A DNA stretch of 32,000 nt from Ferroglobus placidus DSM 10642 (GTDB lineage Archaea > Halobacteriota > Archaeoglobi > Archaeoglobales > Archaeoglobaceae), in the NCBI RefSeq assembly GCF_000025505.1, contig NC_013849.1:840001-872000 (forward strand), in the 5' to 3' direction. Shown in pieces: positions 31,652-32,000 of this stretch. The translations under genes and the position numbers were made by a program. Every line of letters begins with the position of its first letter. The stretch's first letter is position 1. The notes beneath the pieces were generated by a model. The model saw only the letters and a list, made by a program, of their open reading frames with translations, did not search any database and had not been told where the DNA came from.

Positions 31652-32000
31652 AAATCGTCGTGGGAACGGAAAATCCGGCTAAAGTAAGAGGAGTGGAAAG
31701 AGCTTTCAAAAAGTTTTTCGACGACGTGGAAATTTTTAAAAGAGCAGTCAATCCGGAAGTTTCTCCTCAGCCTTTTGATGAGGAAACGATAATAGGAGCT
31801 ATTAACAGGGCGAAAAAAGCTTACAGCGAAGACTTCGATTTTTCAGTCGGTGTCGAGGCTGGGTTGTTCAAAACTCGGAGAACTCTTTCCGGATACGTGG
31901 ATTTTCAGGTGGCTTGCGTTTACGACGGGGAAAAGTTTACGATCGGCTTTGGTCCGGGTTTCGAGTATCCTAAGAGGGTTGTTGGGGAAGTTCTGAAGGG
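31647..32000 (+). CDS. YjjX/DUF84-like non-canonical purine NTP phosphatase, N-terminal part (3' end lies outside the window)
   Basis: MKIVVGTENPAKVRGVERAFKKFF..VSPQPFDEETIIGAINRAKKA... The ATG overlaps the comDE-like stop. The frame is open to the window end and is not in the ORF track because it has no stop. Confidence 0.65.

Noticed and set aside
1-32000. CRISPR arrays, rRNA genes, IS elements or transposases, and an intein in nrdJ.
   Set aside because: Scanning both strands by eye, I saw no regularly spaced direct repeats, no rRNA-like conserved stretches and no transposase-like ORFs. The nrdJ motifs are contiguous (NPCGE..., TIAPTGT...), so there is no insertion.

Overview
This 32-kb window looks like the chromosome of a hyperthermophilic euryarchaeon. 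I think it is Archaeoglobales-like, based on my recollection of the Archaeoglobus fulgidus myo-inositol-1-phosphate synthase N-terminus and the overall gene set, but I cannot verify that here. Most of the window is tightly packed housekeeping DNA. In order it carries:
- a pstC(partial)-pstA-pstB-(ArsC/LMW-PTP-like)-phoU phosphate operon;
- an Lhr-type SF2 helicase followed by a two-OB-fold protein;
- a GT-C-like membrane protein, TBP and MIPS;
- an XRE-HTH regulator coupled to the HMG-CoA synthase / thiolase / DUF35 mevalonate-entry trio;
- an MCM helicase whose Walker-A motif is split by a 468-aa LAGLIDADG intein;
- a PAC2-like / hypothetical / biotin-carrier / short-methyltransferase operon;
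- a PaaK-like ligase, a 26-codon membrane micro-ORF, a Na+/solute symporter and an Lrp regulator;
- a class II (B12) ribonucleotide reductase;
- a threonine-synthase-fold (cysteate-synthase-like) gene coupled to a fused ComD-ComE-like TPP decarboxylase;
- a partial YjjX-like NTPase.

The only clearly accessory stretch is about 3.5 kb between two convergent tRNA genes, tRNA-Arg(CCT) at 19967-20041 (+) and tRNA-Gln(CTG) at 23539-23611 (-). It holds what I read as the decayed remains of a partitioned (SSV-type) integrase element. It also holds a toxin-like gene killed by two nonsense codons and one frameshift next to an intact wHTH partner, an intact aRelB/RelE pair, and orphan ORFs without good starts.

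First genes of transcription units repeatedly have an A/T-rich TATA-like octamer 28-33 nt upstream of the start codon, which suggests leaderless mRNAs. Internal genes carry GGAGGTGA-like Shine-Dalgarno sequences. I saw no CRISPR array, rRNA gene or transposase. All family assignments come from reading motifs by eye; no searches were run.
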